NCBI GenBank assembly: GCA_937625935.1
Contig: OW569359.1
Coordinates: forward strand, 1 to 64,000
DNA: 64,000 bases
Direction of reading: 5' to 3'
Source: Tetramitus jugosus
Taxonomy: Eukaryota > Protista > Heterolobosea
The notes under the pieces are model-generated. The model had not been told where the DNA came from and did no database searches. It saw only the letters and a program-made list of their open reading frames with translations. Shown piece after piece: positions 55,601-64,000 of the stretch. Each line of letters starts with the position of its first letter. Within the stretch, counting starts at the first letter, position 1. The translations under genes were made by a program, and so were the position numbers.

Positions 55601-57211
55601 AGACGATGATACAGTATCATCATATGTTCCACTCTCGGGAAACAACTCTTCTTCTGGTAACGGTTCAGGCAATCGATAATAGTTCTGCACTGCCTTAAAC
55701 AACAAGTGAGCATCTTCGAGCGATATGACTTGAATAGTATCGATCCTCGGTGCCGTCTTGTACTGAAACAAAATCACCTGGATCCATTTTTGAATGAGAC
55801 TTGTTTTCGATGTCGTATCATACTCACCGTCCAACGGATGCATTGACATGTATGATGACGAACCAGTCGAGGACAACATGGCAGAAGTAGCCTCCTTCTC
55901 CCTTCTTCGTCTCTTCTCGTACAAAATAAACTTGAATCGCGACAACTCCTCCAACTGTACACCATGAAAGTGCAACTGTTCAATCTCTGACTGAAAATCC
56001 GAAACATACAAATCAGGAGACAGTTTCATCGAGTCATGATACGCCAAAATACGTATGGCTTCTCTCACATTGCCCCCAGACAACTCTTCTCTCACCAAAA
56101 ATCTCGTGTGCGCGTCCTGTGGATCAATCAACCGAATTTCACTTCGAATCTCATCACGTGAAACACTTCTCACTGCAGTCAAATAATCTGTCATCTTCTC
56201 AGGTTCATTCAACTGAATAAAATATTGTCGAAACAGAGAAGAAGATGTACTCGATGATCGACTACGACCATGATGATGATGATGATGACTCGATTCTCCA
56301 TTGTTAACCACTGGTCGTTGAGCCAACTTTGAAAAAAATAAACTTGTTCGACTTAATCTCTTATTGGTACTCCCATTATTACTACTACTACTATTATTAT
56401 TATTATTATTATTAGTATAATTGTCATGATCATGAATCATTGAAGCGAGAGGTGAATGTGATGAAAAGGAAGGTGAAGAAGATGATGGTGATACAACAGA
56501 GGGAGACAGTGCTCTACGCAATGAAAATCGACGTAATTTGTTTGAGCTCTTATTACTCTTACTATTATTATTATTATTATAAAGAGATGATGAAGAGTCA
56601 TCGATTGGAATATGGTGTTGATTGGATGATGATGATTGAGACAATGTATCTACATCATCATCATAATCATACGTATGTTCATCACTTGTATTATTGTTAT
56701 TGTTGCTATGAATGATCGATGATGATGATGATGATGAGAGTGGTGGAGGTTGATAGGATGAAATGGATGAGAGAGATTGAGTTCTACTCGGAGTTTTTGG
56801 ACTGCCGTTATTCACATGTTGGTTAGCTTGTTGTTGTTGTTGTTGTTGATTTTGAGGGGTGCTTGGTGGGGAAGAAGGACTCCATATAGGTTGTTGAGTG
56901 TTGCTGTCTGATCGTTTCCTGTTGTTCGAATAGGGTAGGGAAGGTGAAGCAGACGTAGAGCTACGCTGCCGTTGTTGTTGCTGCTTGTTGGCGAGACCAG
57001 ATGTTTTGAGCGAGAGATCACCATCGGGTCCTCCTCCAATCATCGTAGTGGCCATCGGAGAAAAATGATAATTATCCGATGTTGTGACAATGTGTTCCAT
57101 TGATTCTTCTTGCTCTCTTTTGAGTTCGGATAGAATGAGTGGAACAATGTCATTGGGAATTTGGACTGCATAGTCCTCGAGTTGAACATTGAGTTTGCCT
57201 ATTGTGACCAT
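49691..57211 (-). CDS. Giant coiled-coil protein with S/N/Q/H low-complexity N-terminus
   Basis: ~2500-aa ORF from ATG 57211; roughly 1800 aa of E/Q/K/L heptads. Confidence 0.88.
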   Translation of the reverse strand: MVTIGKLNVQLEDYAVQIPNDIVPLILSELKREQEESMEHIVTTSDNYHFSPMATTMIGGGPDGDLSLKTSGLANKQQQQRQRSSTSASPSLPYSNNRKRSDSNTQQPIWSPSSPPSTPQNQQQQQQQANQHVNNGSPKTPSRTQSLSSISSYQPPPLSSSSSSSIIHSNNNNNTSDEHTYDYDDDVDTLSQSSSSNQHHIPIDDSSSSLYNNNNNSKSNKSSNKLRRFSLRRALSPSVVSPSSSSPSFSSHSPLASMIHDHDNYTNNNNNNNSSSSNNGSTNKRLSRTSLFFSKLAQRPVVNNGESSHHHHHHGRSRSSSTSSSLFRQYFIQLNEPEKMTDYLTAVRSVSRDEIRSEIRLIDPQDAHTRFLVREELSGGNVREAIRILAYHDSMKLSPDLYVSDFQSEIEQLHFHGVQLEELSRFKFILYEKRRRREKEATSAMLSSTGSSSYMSMHPLDGEYDTTSKTSLIQKWIQVILFQYKTAPRIDTIQVISLEDAHLLFKAVQNYYRLPEPLPEEELFPESGTYDDTVSSSASGKYLEATNIVALAINAFQTIKEERGQVATVLSSSQAQTRSIQLQSVFRSHLHQLSRLSTIVMRAIHFNDVQSYGTMIMRLQSMHSMVCSIEASPDAHHVVTIQSIINTRHEIETISTLLRYKKLEEQNKLFSIDIDRMKHELCELREIEQEYRQLVEVNAQDKEQMKELFAHKAVLESTILNMEENVRQLNDIIDSNKREIEQHGNLNMSLSQSNAEQVSSIAALEEKVNGLSAQVEQLEANNNELNKSLSCERDALATTRSLLAEKTEQYQSLELISSEVEQSFETLRLQVSEAKESYEQQVSDLNRELLKERESNQDLERIRNRLTEDLSKCQQEKAEWLTKAEESERLVVASEEKISLLTSQRNQIQSELKNAAAQHTEVVSTIERLVSENKSLSAELDTSLANKETEITELHLRMKNTQDQCKEQIEEQEKQHKHIMDSVTNSNNENIQKLTLEHKEIEEKLVQTNNTLSSQVETLQQVETRYYSLLEGKTQDSALMKELEEQVAKLTKEKQALHLQFEDLTLHQAQLTEEFSKKTAQASELSQDKIDIEKRHIKDLKDLEEKQALEILQVKNDCESQLSALQLKLDLALQQLSSTEERIIEYAREKKTAEDLMTEKDCQISNLNSTIAEQEEALKSLELSNHELKNMIEEKESLLQMLEQSSEQVEQLNVQHENEKKVLQQTLEDLEKKIEDSTLALTNSKLDNEKLKSECVALSEQVAMLEPLNKELVIQTSAMLKEKQETTEELNQTISAKSSLEELLKQNRDETAQLIEQINQITEEHKEVCEKNENKVQELQKKIEMLELVETTNLSLTGKCAELDERVKTLVSELTEAQIALEKGSQQIEELKQSNENQQILLEKGSSETLSSLTQLQNDYNELTKSCTELELNLDSSTQNCSTLTEHNALLQAKNDDLQRAIEQLETEHARVVNEMKLNVDNQILNLQSEHNSKVNSMEEALNQCKDDLSIERDKVSSLSLELDEVRNHLSHTRSSLEKQIQVLLNEHKTISDDTNTVIEDYKTQIMNLSAQLSTSQQLYDTLSAELSQLKNSTQEHTLQFTNKEQILTKKIVSLQDTIRTQADQLEAKSIEYSTLSTHLEQLKSDIGTAISEDEEKSARIESLRTELSNNENLNEQLNKQCSSLSEQIEMLRKEKEENLEDLQNIKQETELVKTTYDKEVSEILESSKQKESTLMDELAEYQQEVIKLRNRLDELTNIENNLNSLNAESTNNVQQLIKQVDDLTNQRNEFKSLFESAELKINQLVSSLDETSNRLETLTEEDQQFKELSASEIQALNNTISDLNNKIDTLSNNLEHQISSSLIEKETLQNNYERLQAEKEDNIRQEMELLKQNHDKELSDTLESSKEKESALVDLLAGNQQEMVQLRNRLDELTNIENNLNSLNAQHSESTNNVQQLIKQVDDLTNQRNEFKSLFESAELKINQLMSSQDEVSNRLETLTQEYQQLKELSASEIQALNTTIADLRDKIGELSNNLEHQISSSLIEKETLQNNYERMQAEKEDAIQQIEQLRHWNESLTESTDLDKSELESRLSDLKHQLTACQTEHEVLMQKLSDDIAEKDREITSLKSQQDSTQLELSSLAQKIEKESQLLSEVTAMRDELLEQVTKQRSEIDNLVKSNETLEELNMLLTEQNESQSNQLSSIQEQANQLELDLFNQIVTHDTTRHTLEQQLIVNQEEIHNQKQRIEVLENMNNDSMSMVEKLNDELEDYNRTIQTLTLKNDELQAKIDQHSHVSSSDIQSLKQAIQTLEKEKEDFAQKNEDLTYQLSQVQHQLEDKTFETVQMGHQLALAQSQHTRVKKRLETEQQLSSGAKSNYTDFKKDLNRLLDKLLKEHANVNNILNDLHTQILTSASLRLTNNSNSTSSEHRTGAPPRTPRGITVKTLEETEKQRIERLEQEKKFIVSLVEMYRRQGSIGAERVETLAQIISQLVTSFELSGENDGDL
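51024..52100. repeat. In-frame tandem duplication (~534-543 nt unit) inside the coiled-coil gene
   Basis: RNRLDELTNIENNLNSLNA...IEKETLQNNYER.QAEKED present twice; offset 543 nt, or 534 beyond a 9-nt indel. Confidence 0.9.
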
Positions 57212-57406
57212 TTGTTGTGTTCGTTGTTGTGTGTTGTGATTTTGCTGCCTTGTGCTTTCAACTGTCAGCGGATTTTCGCAATTCAATCAGCGGGGAAGGG
57301 AGAAGGAGATCGGAAAAATAATGAGATATCTTGTACAAAGCGATAAACTATTTACAAGTGTTTATTTACAAATTCAAGAACTGTGAATAACCTGATTTTT
57401 GAATGG

Positions 57407-58402
57407 TTATTGACTCATTGGCCTGTTTCCGGTGAGATTGGAAGTTTTGGCGGCAGCGATATGAGGCAATGGCTCTGTGGCTTGCTTCTCAATGATGACG
57501 CCTTGTGTGAGTGGAGCAGTCGTGGCAGGCATTGGTTGAGTCATCATTGTCGGTTGTTGAACAAATGTGGTTGGCTGTTGGAATGTTTGAGTATTGAATG
57601 AGGTGGTGGTCCATGGAGCTGATGAGCTTGACATCATTATTGGTTGTTGTTGCTGCGAAGTGAAGCCCATTGTACTTGATTGTTGAAATGATTGCTGCAG
57701 TGGTTGTTGCAATGGCTGTTGAAATGATTGCTGCAGTGGTTGCTGCAATGGTTGCTGTCCAAAAGAAGAAGTTGTGGATGAGCTATATTCTGTTGGGAAT
57801 GAGGATGTAGTACTTGTTGTCGTAGTTGCCCCATGAGTCATTGGCAGAGTAGTTGAAGAGCAGCATTGTTCTTGAATTTGTGCGTCTCTGACAACTGTAA
57901 CCTGTGGTCTCTCATAAATGGTCTTGTTGATCACTTGTTCATGACGTTCAACAACTGGTTGATGATGAATTTCAGTAACAATTGGCTTCTCAATAATCTC
58001 CTTGGTCAGTTCACTGCGAAGATCAGTTGAAGGTGCCTTTCGAACGATATTCACGTCCTGATGCTCCTCCACTGTAACTCTGTGAAGACGATTCTGTTCT
58101 TCCAAGTCTCTTAACACTCGGTCTCTCTCTAGAGCAGCAGAGTCTCTTCCCTGTTCTTCAAAGAGCGATGGATCTTGCACAAACACTTCCTTTGTCGAGT
58201 GTTGAACCACTTTTTCAATTGGCCTCTCGTGAACCTCAATCAGATTCTGGATGTGAGTCTCGTGAATGTTTTGGTCCTCAACTCGTTGCAAATGTTCCAA
58301 CTTTTCAATTCTGTCCAGAACTGGTTGTTCCTGGATGATTCTTGTAGTTGTGGGAGTCAAGTTGGTTAGGTTGGGATTTTGGTTATAATTTGATTCGACC
58401 AT
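57407..58402 (-). CDS. Hydrophilic E/H/Q/V-rich protein with Q/T/P tail, unknown function
   Basis: ATG 58402; IIEKPIVTEIHHQPVVERHEQ-type units; 36-nt repeat at 57681-57751 encoding QQPLQQPLQQSF. Confidence 0.8.
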   Translation of the reverse strand: MVESNYNQNPNLTNLTPTTTRIIQEQPVLDRIEKLEHLQRVEDQNIHETHIQNLIEVHERPIEKVVQHSTKEVFVQDPSLFEEQGRDSAALERDRVLRDLEEQNRLHRVTVEEHQDVNIVRKAPSTDLRSELTKEIIEKPIVTEIHHQPVVERHEQVINKTIYERPQVTVVRDAQIQEQCCSSTTLPMTHGATTTTSTTSSFPTEYSSSTTSSFGQQPLQQPLQQSFQQPLQQPLQQSFQQSSTMGFTSQQQQPIMMSSSSAPWTTTSFNTQTFQQPTTFVQQPTMMTQPMPATTAPLTQGVIIEKQATEPLPHIAAAKTSNLTGNRPMSQ

Positions 58403-58763
58403 GGTTGTTGGTGTTTTGTTAGTTTGTATTATTTTGTGGGTCACATTGGCCAATTGATTGTATCACCCATGTTTTATGGGACATGTGCAGGATCGGCAAA
58501 ATTGATCGCACTATTTTGAAAGGTCAACCAAACATCTTTTTTTGAATAAGATTCCGATAGATCGTTTCCTTGTAACTGACCCGATCTGGTATACGTCATT
58601 GATTTGGATAAGCCTTGACCAGTTGAGCTATGCCATTTTACAGTGAACAGCAATGTTTTGGATAACATGCCTCAAAAGAAGAATGCCCTGGTGAATAAAT
58701 AATTTGGTCCTTGAGGTTGCAGGGAAACCGTTGCCGTCATGTCTTGAACTTACAGCCTGAGAA

Positions 58764-60197
58764 TCAATTTGAACGAGAGAAAAACTGTCCCAAAAACGTC
58801 CATATATGAACTATGAATTGATAAAAAGATGATGATCCACTGTCTACAACGTACCGAGGAACATCTTCCATCACAGTAATACTGTCATATGGTCTCGTTT
58901 GCAAATGCTTATCATGCGGTATCAAGGATAACAAGTTGTTGAGATCCCTGTTGGACCACTTCGAATTCACAGTAAACACAATGATTGCAGTGCTATGTGC
59001 CTCTATAATTTCGTTTGCATCTCTGTTATCCTGCTCATCTTGTATCGTACTACTTGTCATGGCTCGAATCGTATCAAATCCCAAGTGAAACAGCAGATGC
59101 AACAGATCACACATGTACTGCTCACTTGCTGTTGCCGTAAACAATGTTTCTGGAAGGTTCCACGCACAAACGAACTGAGACTCTTGTTTCTGACGATTGA
59201 ACAAAACGCGCAATCCCTTGAGAAACGAATGACTACAGATATCATTGCCATACTTTTCAACAAACACTTTTAACACATTCATTGCATCATTTCTCATGGA
59301 CAACAACTGAGCTGCACCATAATCTACAACACCAGATCTGCCACTATCCACAACATCACCACTACCACCTTGATCCATCGATTCTTGCTGATACAAAGCT
59401 TGTTTTTGCTGTTCATAGTCGTTCATGGCTCTCATCAACGTCCTTTCAAACAAAATGACTCGTTCCTTTTGAGTCTGAATATGATACTGTCTACGCGCCT
59501 GATTTTTCACATCTTCCATCTCCCTCAAAAACTCTCTCGTCGTCGTCGTCGTCACTTGTTCTTCTCCATTTTCACCACCTTGACACACAAACATTAATTG
59601 CCAAACACCAACAATTTCCAAACTACTTCCATTACTTCCATTACTACTACTACTACTCTGATCATTTTCATCATGACAAAAAGCTTTTGAATAATATCCT
59701 AGTTCTAAAAGCTTTTCGTACACTTGATTCACCAAAATTTCTTTTTCTGCTCTTCGTTTTTCTACTCCTCTGCTACTGTCATCATCATCATCACCATCAC
59801 CATCAATATTTTCATCTATATCCTCTTGATTCAAAATTAACACTCCATGCTTATTCGTCTTTTCAAAACAATTCAACAAAATTTCATGTAATCGATACTG
59901 TTTTTGCTTCTTCTTCTTCTTCTGTTGCTGTTGTAGTGCGTCGCTACTACTATTACTATTACTATTACTATGGAAACCACAATAGTAATCCAAACAAAGT
60001 TGATAAAAGAGTTGTAGACACTGTGTTTGATGTTGTTGGATCCATTGATCAATCATCACTTTATCATGTTGATGAGTAGTCATCAGGTGAGAATGAATAT
60101 GAAATCTTGAACGATGAATTTCAGTTTTATCGAGTAAGGATGATATTTGCCATGCTCTTGTCAAATCCTCTTGTTTGATGGTTGTTGTGGTTGACAT
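58764..60197 (-). CDS. Hypothetical protein with low-complexity inserts
   Basis: Long ORF with ATG 60197; globular-looking C-terminal block FLKGLRVLFNRQ...WNLPETLF. Confidence 0.75.
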   Translation of the reverse strand: MSTTTTIKQEDLTRAWQISSLLDKTEIHRSRFHIHSHLMTTHQHDKVMIDQWIQQHQTQCLQLFYQLCLDYYCGFHSNSNSNSSSDALQQQQKKKKKQKQYRLHEILLNCFEKTNKHGVLILNQEDIDENIDGDGDDDDDSSRGVEKRRAEKEILVNQVYEKLLELGYYSKAFCHDENDQSSSSSNGSNGSSLEIVGVWQLMFVCQGGENGEEQVTTTTTREFLREMEDVKNQARRQYHIQTQKERVILFERTLMRAMNDYEQQKQALYQQESMDQGGSGDVVDSGRSGVVDYGAAQLLSMRNDAMNVLKVFVEKYGNDICSHSFLKGLRVLFNRQKQESQFVCAWNLPETLFTATASEQYMCDLLHLLFHLGFDTIRAMTSSTIQDEQDNRDANEIIEAHSTAIIVFTVNSKWSNRDLNNLLSLIPHDKHLQTRPYDSITVMEDVPRYVVDSGSSSFYQFIVHIWTFLGQFFSRSN

Positions 60198-60631
60198 CTT
60201 TTTTTTCAGTGGCGATGTTGTCAAATTTCTTCAAGTGTCTTTTGATCGAAGAACTAGGTCAAACAGATGTAAAAGACGACTTCTTGGAACAATACTTGGG
60301 TCTTTTCTTTCTTGTTCAAGTCCCAACCTTCTTTATCCATGCCAGACTAGTGATGAGTCATATGTTGCTGGACTAAGAAAGTTGTGTTGATTGAGGCCAC
60401 AGGAAACAGTTTAAAGATCACTTTTCCAGTCCAGAGAATGTTATCCCACAAAATTAACAGATGTGGTTTGGAACTACCCCATTGCACTACTCTCTAATCT
60501 TTGGGCCGCATGAAGGTTGGTAGGAGAAAGCACGGCTCTAAATTTTGGCGATTGACTTGAGTTCTCGCATGAACAGAAGATAGATCAAAACAGTAAAACA
60601 AGGAATAGTGTGGATGGGACAATCATATGTT

Positions 60632-61108
60632 TTATAAACTTGAATAATCTGATCTCGATGACCTCAAACAACACATGTAACAACAACAACCTGCAGCACA
60701 GATCACCCAGAGCAATGTCGGAATGAAAAACAAGGAAATGTGTGTAATATATGACGTTCTATTGACAGTAGGTCTTCCCAGAGAGAACAATTTCTCTTCT
60801 GGTGAATAATAGCACTGGTACTTGATGTCCGTGATGAACAATGAGCCACACTCGATATCTTTGAATCGCTTGTCTACGGTGGTATCGTTGGACAATATGA
60901 ATGTAATGAGAGGATTCCTTGAGCTGTCATCATGGATGTTGCATTCAACAGGAATGGAGCCTCTGTTTATCATGGTTCTGCAGTGGGTGATGTGAGGCAA
61001 AGAATACACCAAGTAACCGATCCCGATGACCAGTGTTCCCACAGTGATGCATATGTAGCAAATCAACTGCAAGCATACGGATATTAGTTTACCATTGTTA
61101 TCACTCAT
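60632..61108 (-). CDS. Two-TM membrane protein with Cys-containing loop and Cys-rich juxtamembrane motif
   Basis: Hydrophobic N- and C-terminal segments; CAAGCCCYMCC. Confidence 0.7.
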   Translation of the reverse strand: MSDNNGKLISVCLQLICYICITVGTLVIGIGYLVYSLPHITHCRTMINRGSIPVECNIHDDSSRNPLITFILSNDTTVDKRFKDIECGSLFITDIKYQCYYSPEEKLFSLGRPTVNRTSYITHISLFFIPTLLWVICAAGCCCYMCCLRSSRSDYSSL

Positions 61109-62223
61109 TGTGTAAGGTGTTTTTTGAGTTGTATGGCTGGTTTGGTTCGCTCTCTTTGGGAAGGGAATTCCTGAAATAATACATCTCAGCCCAGTTGACC
61201 GAAAATTTATCCGGGATCAGGAGCAATCTGATCTACGATGCTCAATAATAAAGTTGGTTTTGTCAAGAGCGGGTGTTTCCGTACATGAAAGGACAATACA
61301 CCAGACATCTTGAGTTGGTACCTCCTCCTAACAAGAATTTACAATCATGTGATACAATTGTTGTTAATTTTATCGAAATTGAGTATCGAACGACTCACTT
61401 GGGATGACTTGTGGTGGTATGTTGTCCTAGACATCTATGTTGAAATGAAATGCGCTCCTTCTATGACAAATATTTTCTTCGATGTGTACCGATCTGAAGT
61501 GTTTACTGTAAATCATTACTAAGAGCGTCTCAATCCTCCGCAACATCAAGTGCCAAAGAACAACCTCCAACCAAAGGAAAGGTCCAGAGTTTCCACAAAC
61601 ACCGTTGAGTGAGGAAGCAAGAATTAGAAGAATTGTGAGAAGAATTCTTGCGGAAGAACGTGACAGAGAATCAACAAGGATAGTCAACTCATTCAAATTA
61701 CCGATGATGAAGAAGGTCCACCGATTGATCGTGCTACAATAATGAAGAAGTTCATACTGAAGTTTCCCGATTTTGAGGAAGTTGATAAACATCGCTTGCC
61801 AGATACATCCTTCATGGAGTATGAAACCAAAATCTTGTTAGCAAAGACACTATAGTTAAATAATGAAGCATTTCAAAAAGTTCAGAGTCGTAGGTTAGAA
61901 CTTCGAGGTGTTCAAGTATGCATTGTCCAGAGGATTTACGACTAGTAGAAGAGTGTGTTTTCCAACAGACGTCTTCCTCCACCAATGAGGTATCACAACT
62001 TAATAACTCAACCAACATCTATTAATATTGTGGGATTACATTCTCTGGACTTGGAAAAGAGATCGTTAAACGGTTTCCTGTGCCCTCAATCAACACCAAA
62101 TTCATCTGAGCACATTGATCTCTCATATTCCAACAGACATGGCACAGCTTTCTCATCAGGAAAGAGTTTGTATACGATGAACAATCAACCAATGTCCACT
62201 TTACTAAAGTGTTTTTTATCCAA

Positions 62224-63234
62224 CTAAACTTGAAGAGTGGATGGGTGCTTCGATCGGATGGACACTCTCTGACGACCAATAACGGAAATTGCAGGATAAT
62301 ACACGATATCTTGTGTTGGAATGTCTGATATGGTCATGAAATACTTGTTGTTCTTGAAGAGATACATCTTTGCTGTGTTTGAATTGCTCAAATTCTTCAA
62401 ATCGAATTTGATTGCAATCGAATCACCTGAACTGAACTTGAAACCTTCGCCATACAGAATTGATCTGTCATCGAGCTGAAAGGAGTGTTCTCTGTGAACA
62501 GAATGTTCGCCAATGTTATAACTAATGCCTTGACTGCTGGAACCAATAATCTTGTCAGGCCCTGCTTCAGTGAATGGATACGTGCTTCTCTCGATCCCAA
62601 CAAAAATTCGATAAAAATTGAAACTTCCATTGTCATGTTCATCCAGAATGTATTCCCAACCATGAATCACTCCCATCTCCAATTTTCTATTGGCTCTCAT
62701 TGTGCCCCACTTGCTCACTCTTTCATACGATATTGTCCTGTCATTGTTGTGCATCTTAATGTCAGTATCCGGTGTTCGCGCATTGGCATCCCATTTGATC
62801 AAATTTGAACGCACCAATTCACTCCACATGTTTGGTGGTGATGATGATGAGTCACCATCATCACTGGCATTAGACTGGTCTTGTTTGACTTGCAATTCTT
62901 GCTTGAATGACTCGAGGGCGTCCTTGTTGTTAAGTCCCAGATGATTGGCCATCATTTTCCATACATGTTCATCTGCTTCAGCACTCCACACCAAGAATTC
63001 ACCGTGCTTGCAACTCAATGAGATTGAATAGAGGTCTTTCCCGCTCAAGAAGGTTAAAATGAACATTTGCAGATCACAGGACAACAATTCATAAATATTT
63101 TGGGTCAATTGTTCCTCATCAGCTGCTGCATCATGCAGTGGTTCTTCTTGTTGTGGTATCTCAAGAGAATCAATATTTGGGTTGCTTGTTGTGGTTGAAC
63201 TTGTTGGTAGAGGGATGATGTCGCTGTTGTTCAT
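62224..63234 (-). CDS. F-box + SPRY/B30.2 domain protein
   Basis: LSCDLQMFILTFLSGKDLYSISLSCK F-box; IFVGI...GDSIAIKFDL...FKNNK...YYPAISV SPRY. Confidence 0.85.
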   Translation of the reverse strand: MNNSDIIPLPTSSTTTSNPNIDSLEIPQQEEPLHDAAADEEQLTQNIYELLSCDLQMFILTFLSGKDLYSISLSCKHGEFLVWSAEADEHVWKMMANHLGLNNKDALESFKQELQVKQDQSNASDDGDSSSSPPNMWSELVRSNLIKWDANARTPDTDIKMHNNDRTISYERVSKWGTMRANRKLEMGVIHGWEYILDEHDNGSFNFYRIFVGIERSTYPFTEAGPDKIIGSSSQGISYNIGEHSVHREHSFQLDDRSILYGEGFKFSSGDSIAIKFDLKNLSNSNTAKMYLFKNNKYFMTISDIPTQDIVYYPAISVIGRQRVSIRSKHPSTLQV

Positions 63235-63876
63235 ATTCTATGTTGCTTTCTTTTTTCAGGGAATGTACCACTGAAAACTCCAACAAGCAGAGTGGTAAAA
63301 TTTGTTCGAGATGTGGCTGAAAAATCCTTCAAACAGCACTATCATTGTGTCTTGTGCTGGCTTTTCTTCGCTATCAACCTGCTGGTTCATTGGAACATGA
63401 TTGTTATCATCAGAAGGAGACTCGGCTCCTAGTGTAGGGAGAGGAGCTTGGCGCCCTAGTATTTTGAACTCGTTAGAAGATCGATTAATATCCAAAATCG
63501 TTCCTGAGCCATGTTGGGAAAGCAACTGCTCCACCTTCATCCATCAAGCCATAAAACATGACACAGCTCGTCATCGTAATAAAGAGAAAACCAAAAGCAC
63601 AAGAAGAAAAAGGCCAAAACTCCTCCAAGATAACCAGCATGCGTCGTACCCAATGCAATTACCATCTGAGTACTCGTTGACCTGGCAGAACCTCACCCAA
63701 AGCAAACAACTCTGTAAATCGGAGAAACCCATTTTTGTTCCTCTGTGATAACGGTGACCTGCGGTAACGGTTGGAACTTTTTCACCATGTGCGCGGGTAT
63801 GAGCGGGATGACGTCGGAAAACAAAGCTCCAATAAAACCTTGGCCATTTTCCAAAACAACCATACTCAAAGCAACC

Positions 63877-64000
63877 ATGGCAGATACCACTACTGATCAG
63901 GCTCAACCAACAATTACCAACAAGGAAGAAATCCAAACCTTTATCGACAACCAAGAATCTGGTGGATATACTCTTCTTGATGTAAGAACTCCCCAGGAAG
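63877..64000 (+). CDS. Rhodanese-domain protein, 5' part (truncated by window end)
   Basis: Manual translation MADTTTDQAQPTITNKEEIQTFIDNQESGGYTLLDVRTPQE; LLDVRTPxE is the rhodanese N-terminal motif. Confidence 0.7.
   Translation, partial: MADTTTDQAQPTITNKEEIQTFIDNQESGGYTLLDVRTPQE

Noticed and set aside
61310-62227. Coding-like fragments on the plus strand
   Set aside because: Multiple stops and frame changes with no recognisable family; may be a pseudogene but cannot be supported
63256-63760. Minus-strand ORFs joined in frame across two TGA codons (readthrough or selenoprotein)
   Set aside because: No redox motif or SECIS seen, and TGA is a normal stop elsewhere in the window

Overview
Left end of a linear eukaryotic chromosome. 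It begins with an 866-bp (CCCAAA)n/(TTTGGG)n telomere, uses the standard genetic code, is gene-dense and intron-poor, and has GT-AG introns. The TTTGGG telomere, a GPS-7TM-RGS receptor and the general gene style suggest a heterolobosean (Naegleria-like) amoeba; the species cannot be fixed from sequence alone. The first ~19.5 kb is a plastic subtelomeric zone. It holds a GCM/WRKY-like Zn-domain ORF, a complete 1.74-kb Ginger2/TDD-type integrase DNA transposon (TIRs plus 5-bp TSD) whose integrase 3' part is internally inverted, a frameshifted receptor-kinase pseudogene, a giant bacterial-Ig-repeat/VWA type II adhesin, a hidden LRR pseudogene, and a DUF229 gene with a decayed tandem copy. The remainder is mostly core genes: SLX1-like GIY-YIG, MYND protein, ATP23, six-hairpin glycosidase-like membrane protein, PTEN, kelch and F-box proteins, cathepsin D-like protease, succinyl-CoA ligase beta, EML, WASP, a 2346-aa fibrinogen/REJ/GAIN-GPS/7TM/RGS receptor, a 59-aa metallothionein missed by the ORF track, a giant coiled-coil protein and a rhodanese cut by the window end. 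All family assignments come from motif recognition, not database searches.
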